Origin: Alphaproteobacteria bacterium | GTDB lineage: Bacteria; Pseudomonadota; Alphaproteobacteria; UBA8366 | Assembly: GCA_965228695.1 (NCBI GenBank) | Contig: CBDDIB010000002.1 | Span: forward strand, 3,417,089 to 3,481,088 | Reading direction: 5' to 3' | Length of the DNA: 64,000 nt | In this document: positions 20,019 through 28,190 of the stretch, piece after piece | How positions within the stretch are numbered: position 1 is the stretch's first letter | Layout of the letters: every line of letters begins with the position of its first letter | Translations under genes and position numbers: made by a program | The notes under the pieces: generated by a model | What the model saw: the letters and a program-made list of their open reading frames with translations, nothing else | What the model was told of the DNA's origin: nothing | Databases searched by the model: none

Positions 20019-20618
20019 ATGACGGAAACCGACGAACGGGACCGCGCGGTTGCAGCCTCTCTAGCTGAAATCAGGGCCATTGAGGCGGCCAACGGCGTCA
20101 CCGAGGCTTCGCTCGAGAAGATCAAAGGCGTGCTGCTGCAGCTGGCTCAAAAGCGCGCGCTGTTCGACGACCGGGCGTTCCCGCCGCCGGATCGGGACGG
20201 CATCAGCAACTTCTATAAACTGTCGATCGATGACGACGACCGCTATGCCCTGTATCTATCGGTGGGCCGGAAGGGCCGTGAAACGCCGCCGCACAACCAC
20301 ACGACCTGGGCGGTTATCGTCGGCATGTCGGGGGAAGAGGAAAACCGCATCTACGCGCGCTCAGACGACGGCTCGATCGAGGGCGAAGCCGAGTTGAAGC
20401 AGATCGACAGCAAGGTCCTTCGCGCGGACGACGGACTCGCCTATATGCCCGACGCGATCCACAGCATCCACGTCATCAGCGAGGAGCCGACCCGGCATTT
20501 TCATATGTACGGCACCGCCCTGCATGTACTGCACGAGCGCGTCCAATTCGACACGGAATCCGGGCGATATACTCATTTCCCGGCGATCCCGAGCATGTCC
20601 GCCAAGGCGGATGCATGA
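20019..20618 (+). CDS. Cupin / cysteine-dioxygenase-type-I-like metalloenzyme
   Basis: About 199 aa from the ATG at 20019, behind GGAG (an alternative ATG is at 19992). Double-stranded beta-helix His pattern (PPHNHTTWAVIVGMSGEE ... HSIH). The upstream part of the 445-aa track ORF is antisense to cyclase B. Confidence 0.7.
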   Translation: MTETDERDRAVAASLAEIRAIEAANGVTEASLEKIKGVLLQLAQKRALFDDRAFPPPDRDGISNFYKLSIDDDDRYALYLSVGRKGRETPPHNHTTWAVIVGMSGEEENRIYARSDDGSIEGEAELKQIDSKVLRADDGLAYMPDAIHSIHVISEEPTRHFHMYGTALHVLHERVQFDTESGRYTHFPAIPSMSAKADA

Positions 20619-21211
20619 CCGTGACCCTGCGCAACTTGAGTATTCGTTTTGTCGCGGCGGGTATTGCGTTCTGGACGGCCGCGGCGGCAGCGGATGTCAT
20701 CGTATCCACCCAGGTTTGCGATTCGATTCCGGCGGGGGCGGCGATGCAGCTCTCGCCCGCGGACGATGCGGACCTTTACAAATGGGTCGACAAACCTTTG
20801 CGTCACGCGCTGAAAAACGCCGGCCATCCCATATCGGACGGCGGCAGCGTTGACGTGTATTACACCATCACCGAAGCACCGGTCGCCTATCGCAAGGACG
20901 GTCCGTCCCTGGGGCGGCTGGAGGTCGATACGACCCGCAGCGGGCAGCGCGCCTTGTTACTGCTCAACGTCTGGTCGACCCGGGAGGACAGCATATTGGG
21001 CGGCCGCAAGGGCAAGTCCGGCTCACGGTTTGCGACCTATCTTTTCATGTCGTTCGAGATCAACGACAGGCAATCGGGGAAATGCCTGTGGCGCGGGGAG
21101 GGCGGTACGGCCCTTGTGGGCGACCGGAAAGTCCTTATCGTGCGGATCACAGACACCGTGATGGAACATCTGGGGCAGGCGGTCGACCGGAAATCCGTTG
21201 TTGTGGATTAG
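20615..21211 (+). CDS. Exported hypothetical protein
   Basis: 198 aa with a signal peptide (FVAAGIAFWTAAAAA). ATGA start/stop overlap with the cupin gene. Confidence 0.6.
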   Translation: MTVTLRNLSIRFVAAGIAFWTAAAAADVIVSTQVCDSIPAGAAMQLSPADDADLYKWVDKPLRHALKNAGHPISDGGSVDVYYTITEAPVAYRKDGPSLGRLEVDTTRSGQRALLLLNVWSTREDSILGGRKGKSGSRFATYLFMSFEINDRQSGKCLWRGEGGTALVGDRKVLIVRITDTVMEHLGQAVDRKSVVVD

Positions 21212-21226
21212 GGGGCCGGACGTGCC

Positions 21227-21937
21227 GTGAAGCCATATGTCACACTTGTAACCGGGGCGAGTCGCGGTATCGGTCTTGCGATCGCAAACCGGTTGGCGGC
21301 GGCCGGTAGCACGGTGATCGGCGTCTCCCGCCGGCGGCCGGACGGAGACTTTCCCGGTACCTATTTCGAAATCGATTTGTCCAACCGGGAAGAGACCGAG
21401 CAAGGCCTCCGCGACGTCACGGCCACGCATTCGATCGATCATCTCGTCAACAACGCGGGATATCTCATTGCGTCGACCTTGGATGAGACAACATCGGAAG
21501 AATTCGATACCCAGATTGCCGTCAACCTGCGCGCCTATGTGCAATGCGCCCAAGCCTGTTTGCCGGCCATGCGGGCGCGCGGACGAGGACGGATTGTCAA
21601 CATCGCCAGCCGCGCGACCTTGGGCCGGATAAAACGCACGGCCTATGCCGCGGCCAAGGCGGGCGTCCTCAGTCTCACCAAGACGTGGGCCCTTGAACTC
21701 GCGCCGTCCGGGATCACCGTGAACACGATCGCGCCCGGCCCGATCGCCACGGAAATGTTCAAGACCAACATGCCGCCAGGTTCCCCGGAGTATGAAACCG
21801 TCATCGCCGGCATCCCCATGAACCGAATGGGCAGGCCGGAAGAAATCGCCGCCGCCGCGGTCTTCTTCCTGAGCGACGACGCGGGCTTCGTGACGGGCCA
21901 GACGCTGTATGTTTGCGGCGGCGGCGGTGTCGGATAG
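21227..21937 (+). CDS. SDR-family oxidoreductase (FabG-like)
   Basis: GTG start. TGASRGIG, NNAG and YAAAKAG motifs. Confidence 0.9.
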   Translation: MKPYVTLVTGASRGIGLAIANRLAAAGSTVIGVSRRRPDGDFPGTYFEIDLSNREETEQGLRDVTATHSIDHLVNNAGYLIASTLDETTSEEFDTQIAVNLRAYVQCAQACLPAMRARGRGRIVNIASRATLGRIKRTAYAAAKAGVLSLTKTWALELAPSGITVNTIAPGPIATEMFKTNMPPGSPEYETVIAGIPMNRMGRPEEIAAAAVFFLSDDAGFVTGQTLYVCGGGGVG

Positions 21938-21953
21938 GAAGGATTAGACGTCG

Positions 21954-22793
21954 ATGACATCAGGAGATCCAGTCCCGAGCATACCGGAGGCGAATGCGAC
22001 CGGTGAGATAGCGGCGCTTTACGCGGATATACGGCAGACGCTGGGCGTGCCGCTGGTCAATCTGATCTGGCGGAACCTTGCGACGGTCCCCGGCGCGCTT
22101 GATTGGGCATGGACCACGCTCAAGCCGGTCTACGAGGACGGCGGCATCCAAGCCGAAGCCCGCGCGCTGCGTGTGGGCCTGTCGCTGCCGGAGGTCACAG
22201 CACTCAGTCCGTCCGCACTCTCTGAGGCGGGGCTGTCCAAGACCGACCTGACGACAATCGGGACCATTCTCGACACCTATGAGCGAAGCAATCCGTTGAA
22301 CTTGGTCGCGATCGGCGCATTGCTCGTGGTGTTGCAGGGTAGATCCGGCGATGCGCCGGCGGCCGCACCGGCCGACCATGACGCGGAACCGCCCGTTTCA
22401 GGGGATTTGCCCACATTGTTGTCGTTCGACGACATGACGGCGGAGACGGCGGATCTCGCCCGCGCGGTAAATGCATTGGGCGCGCGCGGCCGGACGCATA
22501 TCATGGTCAGCATGCCGCGCCATCTGGCTCATTGGCCCGCCTATCTTGACCTGTATAAGTCCGTCATCGCGCCGTTGGATGAAGACGGGCGGCTTGCGGC
22601 GAGTATCGATGCCGTCATTGCCGATGGACGATCCCGCGGCGCGTTGCTGGCGCCCCGATTGGCCGCGGCATCCGAGCCGCAGGGTGCAGCGCGGGCCGCG
22701 ACGGTGGCGACACTCGAGGATTTTTACGAGAACGCCATTTCACGCATGATCCCGGTGGTCGGACTTCTCAAGAAGGCGATGCCGCCTTCCTAG
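21954..22793 (+). CDS. DehI-like (halocarboxylic acid dehalogenase I family) protein
   Basis: 279 aa. The N-terminus (ATGEIAALYADIRQTLGVPLVNLIWRNLATVPGALDWAW) and later blocks (ERSNPLNLVAIGALL; HLAHWPAYL) parallel DehI of Pseudomonas putida PP3 as I recall it. Family-level call only. Confidence 0.6.
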   Translation: MTSGDPVPSIPEANATGEIAALYADIRQTLGVPLVNLIWRNLATVPGALDWAWTTLKPVYEDGGIQAEARALRVGLSLPEVTALSPSALSEAGLSKTDLTTIGTILDTYERSNPLNLVAIGALLVVLQGRSGDAPAAAPADHDAEPPVSGDLPTLLSFDDMTAETADLARAVNALGARGRTHIMVSMPRHLAHWPAYLDLYKSVIAPLDEDGRLAASIDAVIADGRSRGALLAPRLAAASEPQGAARAATVATLEDFYENAISRMIPVVGLLKKAMPPS

Positions 22794-22857
22794 CCGACAA
22801 AAGGAAACGGGCGACCGTCCAAGCAGCCGCCCGCATCATTTCTTGCAGAAGAGCGGT

Positions 22858-23694
22858 CTACTTGCCGAAGAGCTTCTTCAAGCCTTTCTCCGCTTCGCCC
22901 GCACCTTCCTTCAAGGCTTTACCGGCATCGCCGCCTTTCTCCAGGGACTTCTGGATCCCGGCCGCGGCGCCGCCCAGCTCTTTGCCGAGTGCGTCTTTGA
23001 TGGCGCCGACATCAAGCTTGCCGACCGCTTGCGTCGCCGCCGCACTGATGGCCGCAATGACTTTCTTCGCGACCTCGGCCGGCGTTGCGCCTGTATTGGC
23101 GCCACCGGATTTTCCGATGTCCTTGAGATGCAAGGAAGGCAACTTCGCGCCCTGCGACTGGCCTTTCAGGAAGTCCGCGCTGACATTAACCCTTCCGTCG
23201 CGGACATACAGGTTTTCGATCACGAGTTTCGGACTCTTGCTATCGCCGCCGGCGCTCGACGAACCGCCGCTGCCGCCGCCGGAAGACGCGCCGCCGGCGG
23301 CCTTTTCCACATTCTTCTGAATCGTGCCGATATTGCTGCCGCCCGAGCCGAACTCATAGGTGACTTGGGGCGCGGCGATGACGACTTCCTTCACGACGAT
23401 GACGTCCGATGTGACGGTGGCGGGGTCGACCTTAACGCTGACTTCGCCAAGTTTGAGCGCGGAATCGGTATTGAAACCTGATGGATTGCCGACCGTCAGG
23501 CCGCGTATGCCGGCCTGGCCATCGGTGAGCTTGTCCACGTCGACACCGTCGAGGGTCACGCTGACCTGCGTGACTTTCGAACCGGTCTCTTCGACGGCCG
23601 TTTTGATGATGGACCCCAGATTCGACCACACGAAATACAGCCCGCCGGCAACGATGACGACAAGTACCGCCAGTCCAATAAGAACCTTTTTCAT
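22858..23694 (-). CDS. Membrane-anchored hypothetical protein (Gly/Ser-rich linker, Lys/Ala/Glu-rich tail)
   Basis: 278 aa. Single N-terminal TM (LIGLAVLVVIVAGGLYFVW), a central GGASSGGGSGGSSSAGG linker, and an amphipathic C-terminus. Confidence 0.65.
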   Translation of the reverse strand: MKKVLIGLAVLVVIVAGGLYFVWSNLGSIIKTAVEETGSKVTQVSVTLDGVDVDKLTDGQAGIRGLTVGNPSGFNTDSALKLGEVSVKVDPATVTSDVIVVKEVVIAAPQVTYEFGSGGSNIGTIQKNVEKAAGGASSGGGSGGSSSAGGDSKSPKLVIENLYVRDGRVNVSADFLKGQSQGAKLPSLHLKDIGKSGGANTGATPAEVAKKVIAAISAAATQAVGKLDVGAIKDALGKELGGAAAGIQKSLEKGGDAGKALKEGAGEAEKGLKKLFGK

Positions 23695-23834
23695 ATCTGA
23701 TCTCTATTCCTGTCTCTACCCGAGTGCCCTGCCCATGCGGTGCGCACTGTACCCACCGGGGCATATGACTGCACGGAAATATGGCGTCCGTATGGTGTCA
23801 AATTACCGGATTGCGACCGAATCCGCGACGGCGC

Positions 23835-23868
23835 AAAAAAGCCTCGCCGGACGAATGCCCGGCGAGGC
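23835..23868 (-). terminator. Rho-independent terminator of the small ORF 23910-24065
   Basis: Perfect 10-bp stem GCCTCGCCGG/CCGGCGAGGC with an 8-nt loop, followed on the minus strand by TTTTTT. Confidence 0.75.
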
Positions 23869-23909
23869 TTAGGCTTCAGCCACTGGGAGGAGGCTGGAGT
23901 AACCTTGTC

Positions 23910-24065
23910 TTATCGGCCTTGATGAAGGATCCGGCGTAGGCCGTGGACCAAAAACTCGGCCCGGGCCCGACTGGCCTTGCTGATCACGCTGGCGATTTCG
24001 TCGTCGGTGGGCAGCGCGCCGTTCGGCAGCGGGGCAACACCCTTGATGTCTCGATTATATGGCAT
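23910..24065 (-). CDS. Small hypothetical protein (51 aa), below the ORF-track size cut-off
   Basis: MPYNRDIKGVAPLPNGALPTDDEIASVISKASRARAEFLVHGLRRILHQGR. AAGGAG lies 8 nt upstream of the ATG, and its own terminator lies downstream. Divergent from a LysR gene. Confidence 0.55.
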   Translation of the reverse strand: MPYNRDIKGVAPLPNGALPTDDEIASVISKASRARAEFLVHGLRRILHQGR

Positions 24066-24265
24066 ATTTTCTACTCCTTGCTTGCATCCGAATTTCAGAG
24101 AAATTTAACCGTAACATTCCGTGTCGTCTGGCAAGCGTTTAACGTTTGTTAATGATATCGCTTATATTCCGTAGCGTTGATAAGGAATATATGCTTGATT
24201 CCTCCTCTGGACAAACGATCATTTTTCATCATTAATTTTAGAAAATCTAAAGTTAGGAGAACTTG

Positions 24266-25177
24266 ATGGCGACCCGACTGCCGCCACTGAACGCCCTCCG
24301 GGCATTCGACGCATCGGCCCGACACCGCAGTTTCACGCGCGCGGCCGAAGACTTGAGCGTGACCCCGGCGGCGATCAGCCATCAAATCAAGGGGCTTGAG
24401 GAGTTTCTCGGCGCAAAACTGTTCCGGCGGGCCAAGGGGACACTCATGCTCACCGAAGCGGGGCAACGCATCATGCCCGGCGTCCGCAAGGGGTTTTCCG
24501 CCTTCGAGGAGGCGATGGAGAATTTCGGGCTGTACGACCAGACGGGACAGATCAACGTGGCCGTTACACCGTCCTTCGGTGCGAAATGGCTGATTCCGCG
24601 CTTGGAACACTTCAACGCGGCGCATCCGGAGATCGATATCCGGATTTCGACCACGATGGAGATCATCGATTACGAGCAGGAAGGGGTCGACATCGGCATC
24701 CGCTTCGGGCGTGGCGAATATGCCGGCTTGGTGGTCGAACCGCTGCTCAGTTCCGAGGTCACGCCCGTCTGCAGTCCGGAGCTCTTGCAGGGCGACCACC
24801 CAAAGCTCGAGAAGCCGAGCGATCTGCGGCATTTCACGCTATTGCACGATGAGAGCCCCTTACTCGATGAGGCGCATCCGAACTGGGCCATGTGGTTGTT
24901 GGCGGCAGGCGTCACCGACGTGGATGCGAGCCATGGCATGCGCTTCGACAGTGCAAGTTCGGCCATCAGCGCCGCGATCGAAGGGGTCGGGGTCGCGCTC
25001 GGGCGCACCGCCCTTATCGGCCGCGATATCGCCGCCGGCCGGTTGGTGCGGCTGTTCAAGCTCAGCTTGCCGATCCGCTTCGGCTATTACGTCGTCTATC
25101 CCGAGCGCAGCCGCAATCGCCCGAAGGTCATGACCTTCCGGGACTGGCTGTTCGAGGAAGTCCGCGAGCCGGGCTAG
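24266..25177 (+). CDS. LysR-family transcriptional regulator (GcvA/AmpR-like subgroup)
   Basis: N-terminal HTH LPPLNALRAFDASARHRSFTRAAEDLSVTPAAISHQIKGLEEFLG, followed by a LysR substrate-binding domain. Confidence 0.9.
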   Translation: MATRLPPLNALRAFDASARHRSFTRAAEDLSVTPAAISHQIKGLEEFLGAKLFRRAKGTLMLTEAGQRIMPGVRKGFSAFEEAMENFGLYDQTGQINVAVTPSFGAKWLIPRLEHFNAAHPEIDIRISTTMEIIDYEQEGVDIGIRFGRGEYAGLVVEPLLSSEVTPVCSPELLQGDHPKLEKPSDLRHFTLLHDESPLLDEAHPNWAMWLLAAGVTDVDASHGMRFDSASSAISAAIEGVGVALGRTALIGRDIAAGRLVRLFKLSLPIRFGYYVVYPERSRNRPKVMTFRDWLFEEVREPG

Positions 25178-26232
25178 GGTTTCTCCCGGCGCGCCGCGAC
25201 ATCCGCCGCCAACTGCTCTAGGACCGCTTCGGACGCCTGCCAATCGATGCAGCCGTCGGTGATGCTCTGGCCATAGGTTAGCTCTTGCCCGGGCACCAAA
25301 TCCTGGCGGCCGCCGACCAAATTGCTCTCCGCCATGACCCCGATGATCCGCCCGTCGCCGTCGGCGACCTGGCGGCCGACATCCGCGAGGACGGCCGGCT
25401 GGTTTTCCGGCTTTTTCGCGCTGTTTGCGTGGCTCGCATCGATCATCACCGCCGGATTCAGCCCGGATTTCACCGCGATCGCGCAGGCCTCGTTGACGCT
25501 GTCGGCGTCGTAATTCGGCTCTCGGCCGCCGCGCAGGATGATGTGGCAATCCTTGTTGCCGGCGGTGGCGGCGATGGCGGACCGGCCGTCCTTGGTCACC
25601 GCCATGAAATGATGCGGATGGGAGGCCGATCCCACGGCATCGACCGCGATTTGGACGTTGCCGTTGGTGCCGTTCTTGAACCCGACCGGGCAGGACACGC
25701 CGGATGCAAGCTCGCGGTGAACCTGGCTCTCCGTCGTGCGGGCGCCGATCGCGGCCCAGGACACGAGATCCGCGATGTATTGCGGCGTAGTCATCTCGAG
25801 GAACTCGCAGCCCGCCGGCAGGCCGAGCGCGTTGATGTCGAGCAACAGTTTCCGGGCCAGGCGCAGCCCTTGCTCGATCTCGAAACTGCCGTCCAAATTC
25901 GGGTCGTTGACCAGGCCTTTCCAGCCGACCGTGGTGCGCGGTTTCTCGAAATAGACCCGCATGATGATCTCCAGCGTATCGGCATGGCGGTCGCGCAGCG
26001 CGGCCAGGCGCTCAGCGTAGTCCATGGCGGCCTCGGGATCGTGGATCGAGCAGGGGCCGATAATCACGGCGAGCCGGTCGTCTTGCCGGTGAATGATGCG
26101 CTGGATCGCGCTGCGCGCCTCGGTCACGGTCCGGGTGACCGCGGTGTCGCGCGGCAGTTCGCCCATCACCTGGGCCGGGGTGTCGAGGGCCTTGATTTCG
26201 CGGATGCGAATATCGTCTGTCGTGTCGAGCAC
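25174..26232 (-). CDS. 3-deoxy-7-phosphoheptulonate (DAHP) synthase, class I (AroF/G/H type)
   Basis: 352 aa from the GTG at 26232, behind AAGGAG. Class-I pattern (IIGPCSIHD, KPRT..GWKG, GARTTESQ.HRE..SG, GFKN, ID.SHANS). The 550-aa track ORF is an upstream extension. Confidence 0.95.
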   Translation of the reverse strand: MLDTTDDIRIREIKALDTPAQVMGELPRDTAVTRTVTEARSAIQRIIHRQDDRLAVIIGPCSIHDPEAAMDYAERLAALRDRHADTLEIIMRVYFEKPRTTVGWKGLVNDPNLDGSFEIEQGLRLARKLLLDINALGLPAGCEFLEMTTPQYIADLVSWAAIGARTTESQVHRELASGVSCPVGFKNGTNGNVQIAVDAVGSASHPHHFMAVTKDGRSAIAATAGNKDCHIILRGGREPNYDADSVNEACAIAVKSGLNPAVMIDASHANSAKKPENQPAVLADVGRQVADGDGRIIGVMAESNLVGGRQDLVPGQELTYGQSITDGCIDWQASEAVLEQLAADVAARREKP

Positions 26233-26270
26233 GGCGTAAACTCCTTGTCTGTGCGTCACGCCGGCGGCAC

Positions 26271-26296
26271 AAAAAAACCGCCAGGGACTGGCGGTT
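26271..26296 (-). terminator. Intrinsic terminator hairpin inside the DAHP synthase leader (candidate attenuator)
   Basis: Minus-strand AACCGCCAG-UCC-CUGGCGGUU running into U7. It ends 38 nt upstream of the DAHP synthase GTG. Confidence 0.65.
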
Positions 26297-26320
26297 CTGA
26301 GACTTTCTTCGGTCTTTGCT

Positions 26321-26404
26321 TTAGACCAAAAGCATCCCTTCCGCCGCCGAAGGCTTCGGATAACCAAAAAACCAAAAATAGGACGTGGCGGTTGAGTGAT
26401 GCAT
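26321..26404 (-). CDS. Candidate aromatic-rich leader peptide (27 codons)
   Basis: MHHSTATSYFWFFGYPKPSAAEGMLLV*. Six of seven consecutive codons are Tyr/Phe/Trp. It lies between the promoter region and the leader terminator. No clear SD precedes it. Confidence 0.5.
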   Translation of the reverse strand: MHHSTATSYFWFFGYPKPSAAEGMLLV

Positions 26405-26553
26405 GGACGGTTAAATAGTACCGACTGGCCGGTTTGTCCATGGGTCTTTTGGCGAACAGCCCGATAGGGCTTTTCTTTACGCGGTTGGCGTAGGGCCCGG
26501 CTGCCCGTATAAGATGCCGCCCAGCCGATAACACGAACCGACCAAGGACGACA

Positions 26554-27285
26554 ATGAGCGCAAACGCCAAACCCTTCGATCTGACCCCGCCGAAAGAGGC
26601 GGATGTCGCCACATCCGTCGACGACGCGATCGCCTCCCGGCGGTCGATCCGGGCCTTCCTGCCGACCCCGGTGCCGCGTCCCCTGATGGAGCATATCCTG
26701 GAAGTGTCGTCGCGCGCGCCGAGCGGCACAAACATGCAGCCGTGGAAGGTCTATGTGGCGGCCGGGGCCACCAAGGAACGGTTGTCGCAAGCGATCGTCG
26801 ATGCGTTCGAGGCGGGCGAAGAGCACAAGCGAAGCTGGAAATATTATCCGGACGAATTCTTCGAGCCTTACAAGTCACGCCGCCGCAAGGTCGGTTGGGA
26901 CCTCTACGGCACGCTTGGCATCGAGCGCGGCGAAACCGAGAAGATGAAGGCGGCGCGGGCCCGAAACTACGTCTTCTTCGACGCGCCGGTCGGCTTGATC
27001 TTCGCCATCGACGACAAGCTGGAGATCGGCAGCTGGCTGGACTACGGCATGTTCATGGAAAACATCATGATCTCCGCCCGCGGCCATGGCCTGCACACGA
27101 TCCCGCAGGCGGCGTTCAGCGACTATCACGCGATCATCCGCGAGCATCTGGGCATTCCCGAGGATCACACGATCATCTGCGGCATGTCGGTGGGTTATGC
27201 GGATTTGGACGCGCAGGTGAACCAGTTCAGCACCGAGCGGGCGCCGGTCGAGGGATTCGCGACCTTTATCGATTATCCGGCTTAG
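26554..27285 (+). CDS. Nitroreductase-family protein
   Basis: 243 aa. RRSIRAF...PSGTNMQPW signature and C-terminal nitroreductase fold pattern. Confidence 0.9.
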   Translation: MSANAKPFDLTPPKEADVATSVDDAIASRRSIRAFLPTPVPRPLMEHILEVSSRAPSGTNMQPWKVYVAAGATKERLSQAIVDAFEAGEEHKRSWKYYPDEFFEPYKSRRRKVGWDLYGTLGIERGETEKMKAARARNYVFFDAPVGLIFAIDDKLEIGSWLDYGMFMENIMISARGHGLHTIPQAAFSDYHAIIREHLGIPEDHTIICGMSVGYADLDAQVNQFSTERAPVEGFATFIDYPA

Positions 27286-28090
27286 GCGGGGGCACGCGCG
27301 GCGGCAGGGCCGCCGTTTGCGCGCGGCTGTAGCGGCGGAAATGAGCCAGTAATTGCCGGATATCCGGGTTGAGCGTATCCCACAACGCCATCTGTGACGG
27401 GGTTTGCCGGCGCATGTGGTCCCGGAAGTCGGCACAGTACCGGTTTTCCATGCGCCGCCGGAACAGGACGATGGAGCGGGACTTCTTCGGCACGTCGAAA
27501 TCCTGGTAAGCCTGTTCCTCGAACAGCGACGCTTCGCATTCCAGGTCCAACTGGCGGCCCGTCGCGATGCGGCCTTGCAGATGCTGCCCGCCGTGGCCCG
27601 CCAACTCGTGGACGATGATGGCGGCCAGTTCCGGCACCGGCCATTTGACGCCGAACTGGTTGATCACCACCACGAATTCCTTGCCGTCGCTCAGCTTTAT
27701 GCCGCGCTTGCGGAGGAAGTCCGGGAGGAAGAGGGCCACGTTCTGGGTGTTCAGGCCGGTGCGGCTGCGGAAATTATTCGGAAAATACGCCAGAAGCACC
27801 AGACCGCGCCGTTTCAGGGCGTCGATCCGGCGGGCATTGCGGGGGGACCGGTCGTAGATCAACTCGATTGCCGCGGCGATCTTGTCCAGGCTTTCCGCCG
27901 CCGGCGGCACGGAGACATCGAACCGGCTGCTGGTGGTCGGGGCGAACGCCATCAGCCGTATGCCCCGATGGACTCGATCCATCACCGGGTCGGCATGGCC
28001 GATCTCGGTCGGCAGCAAAATTCCCCAGAGTCCGCCGAGAATCAGGCAGAGGCGGGCGATCCGGCCATTGATGAATGACAGACGCGGCAT
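27266..28090 (-). CDS. Hypothetical exported/membrane-anchored protein with an HExxGH motif
   Basis: 274 aa. N-terminal hydrophobic segment (LCLILGGLWGILL) and HELAGHGGQH. I do not recognise a family. Confidence 0.6.
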   Translation of the reverse strand: MPRLSFINGRIARLCLILGGLWGILLPTEIGHADPVMDRVHRGIRLMAFAPTTSSRFDVSVPPAAESLDKIAAAIELIYDRSPRNARRIDALKRRGLVLLAYFPNNFRSRTGLNTQNVALFLPDFLRKRGIKLSDGKEFVVVINQFGVKWPVPELAAIIVHELAGHGGQHLQGRIATGRQLDLECEASLFEEQAYQDFDVPKKSRSIVLFRRRMENRYCADFRDHMRRQTPSQMALWDTLNPDIRQLLAHFRRYSRAQTAALPPRVPPPKPDNR

Positions 28091-28190
28091 AATTGAGGAT
28101 TGTAGGGACCGGGGATTAACGTGAGGTTGATGCCCGGCCGATACGGGCCGGATTTGCAGGGGTCGAGACCTAAAAGGGAGGGAATTTCAC

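Noticed and set aside
22794-22857. A possible bidirectional terminator between the DehI-like gene and the convergent membrane-anchored protein gene.
   Set aside because: The stem is only 5 bp (GGGCG/CGCCC) with a 14-nt loop and no U-tract on either strand. This is too weak to call.
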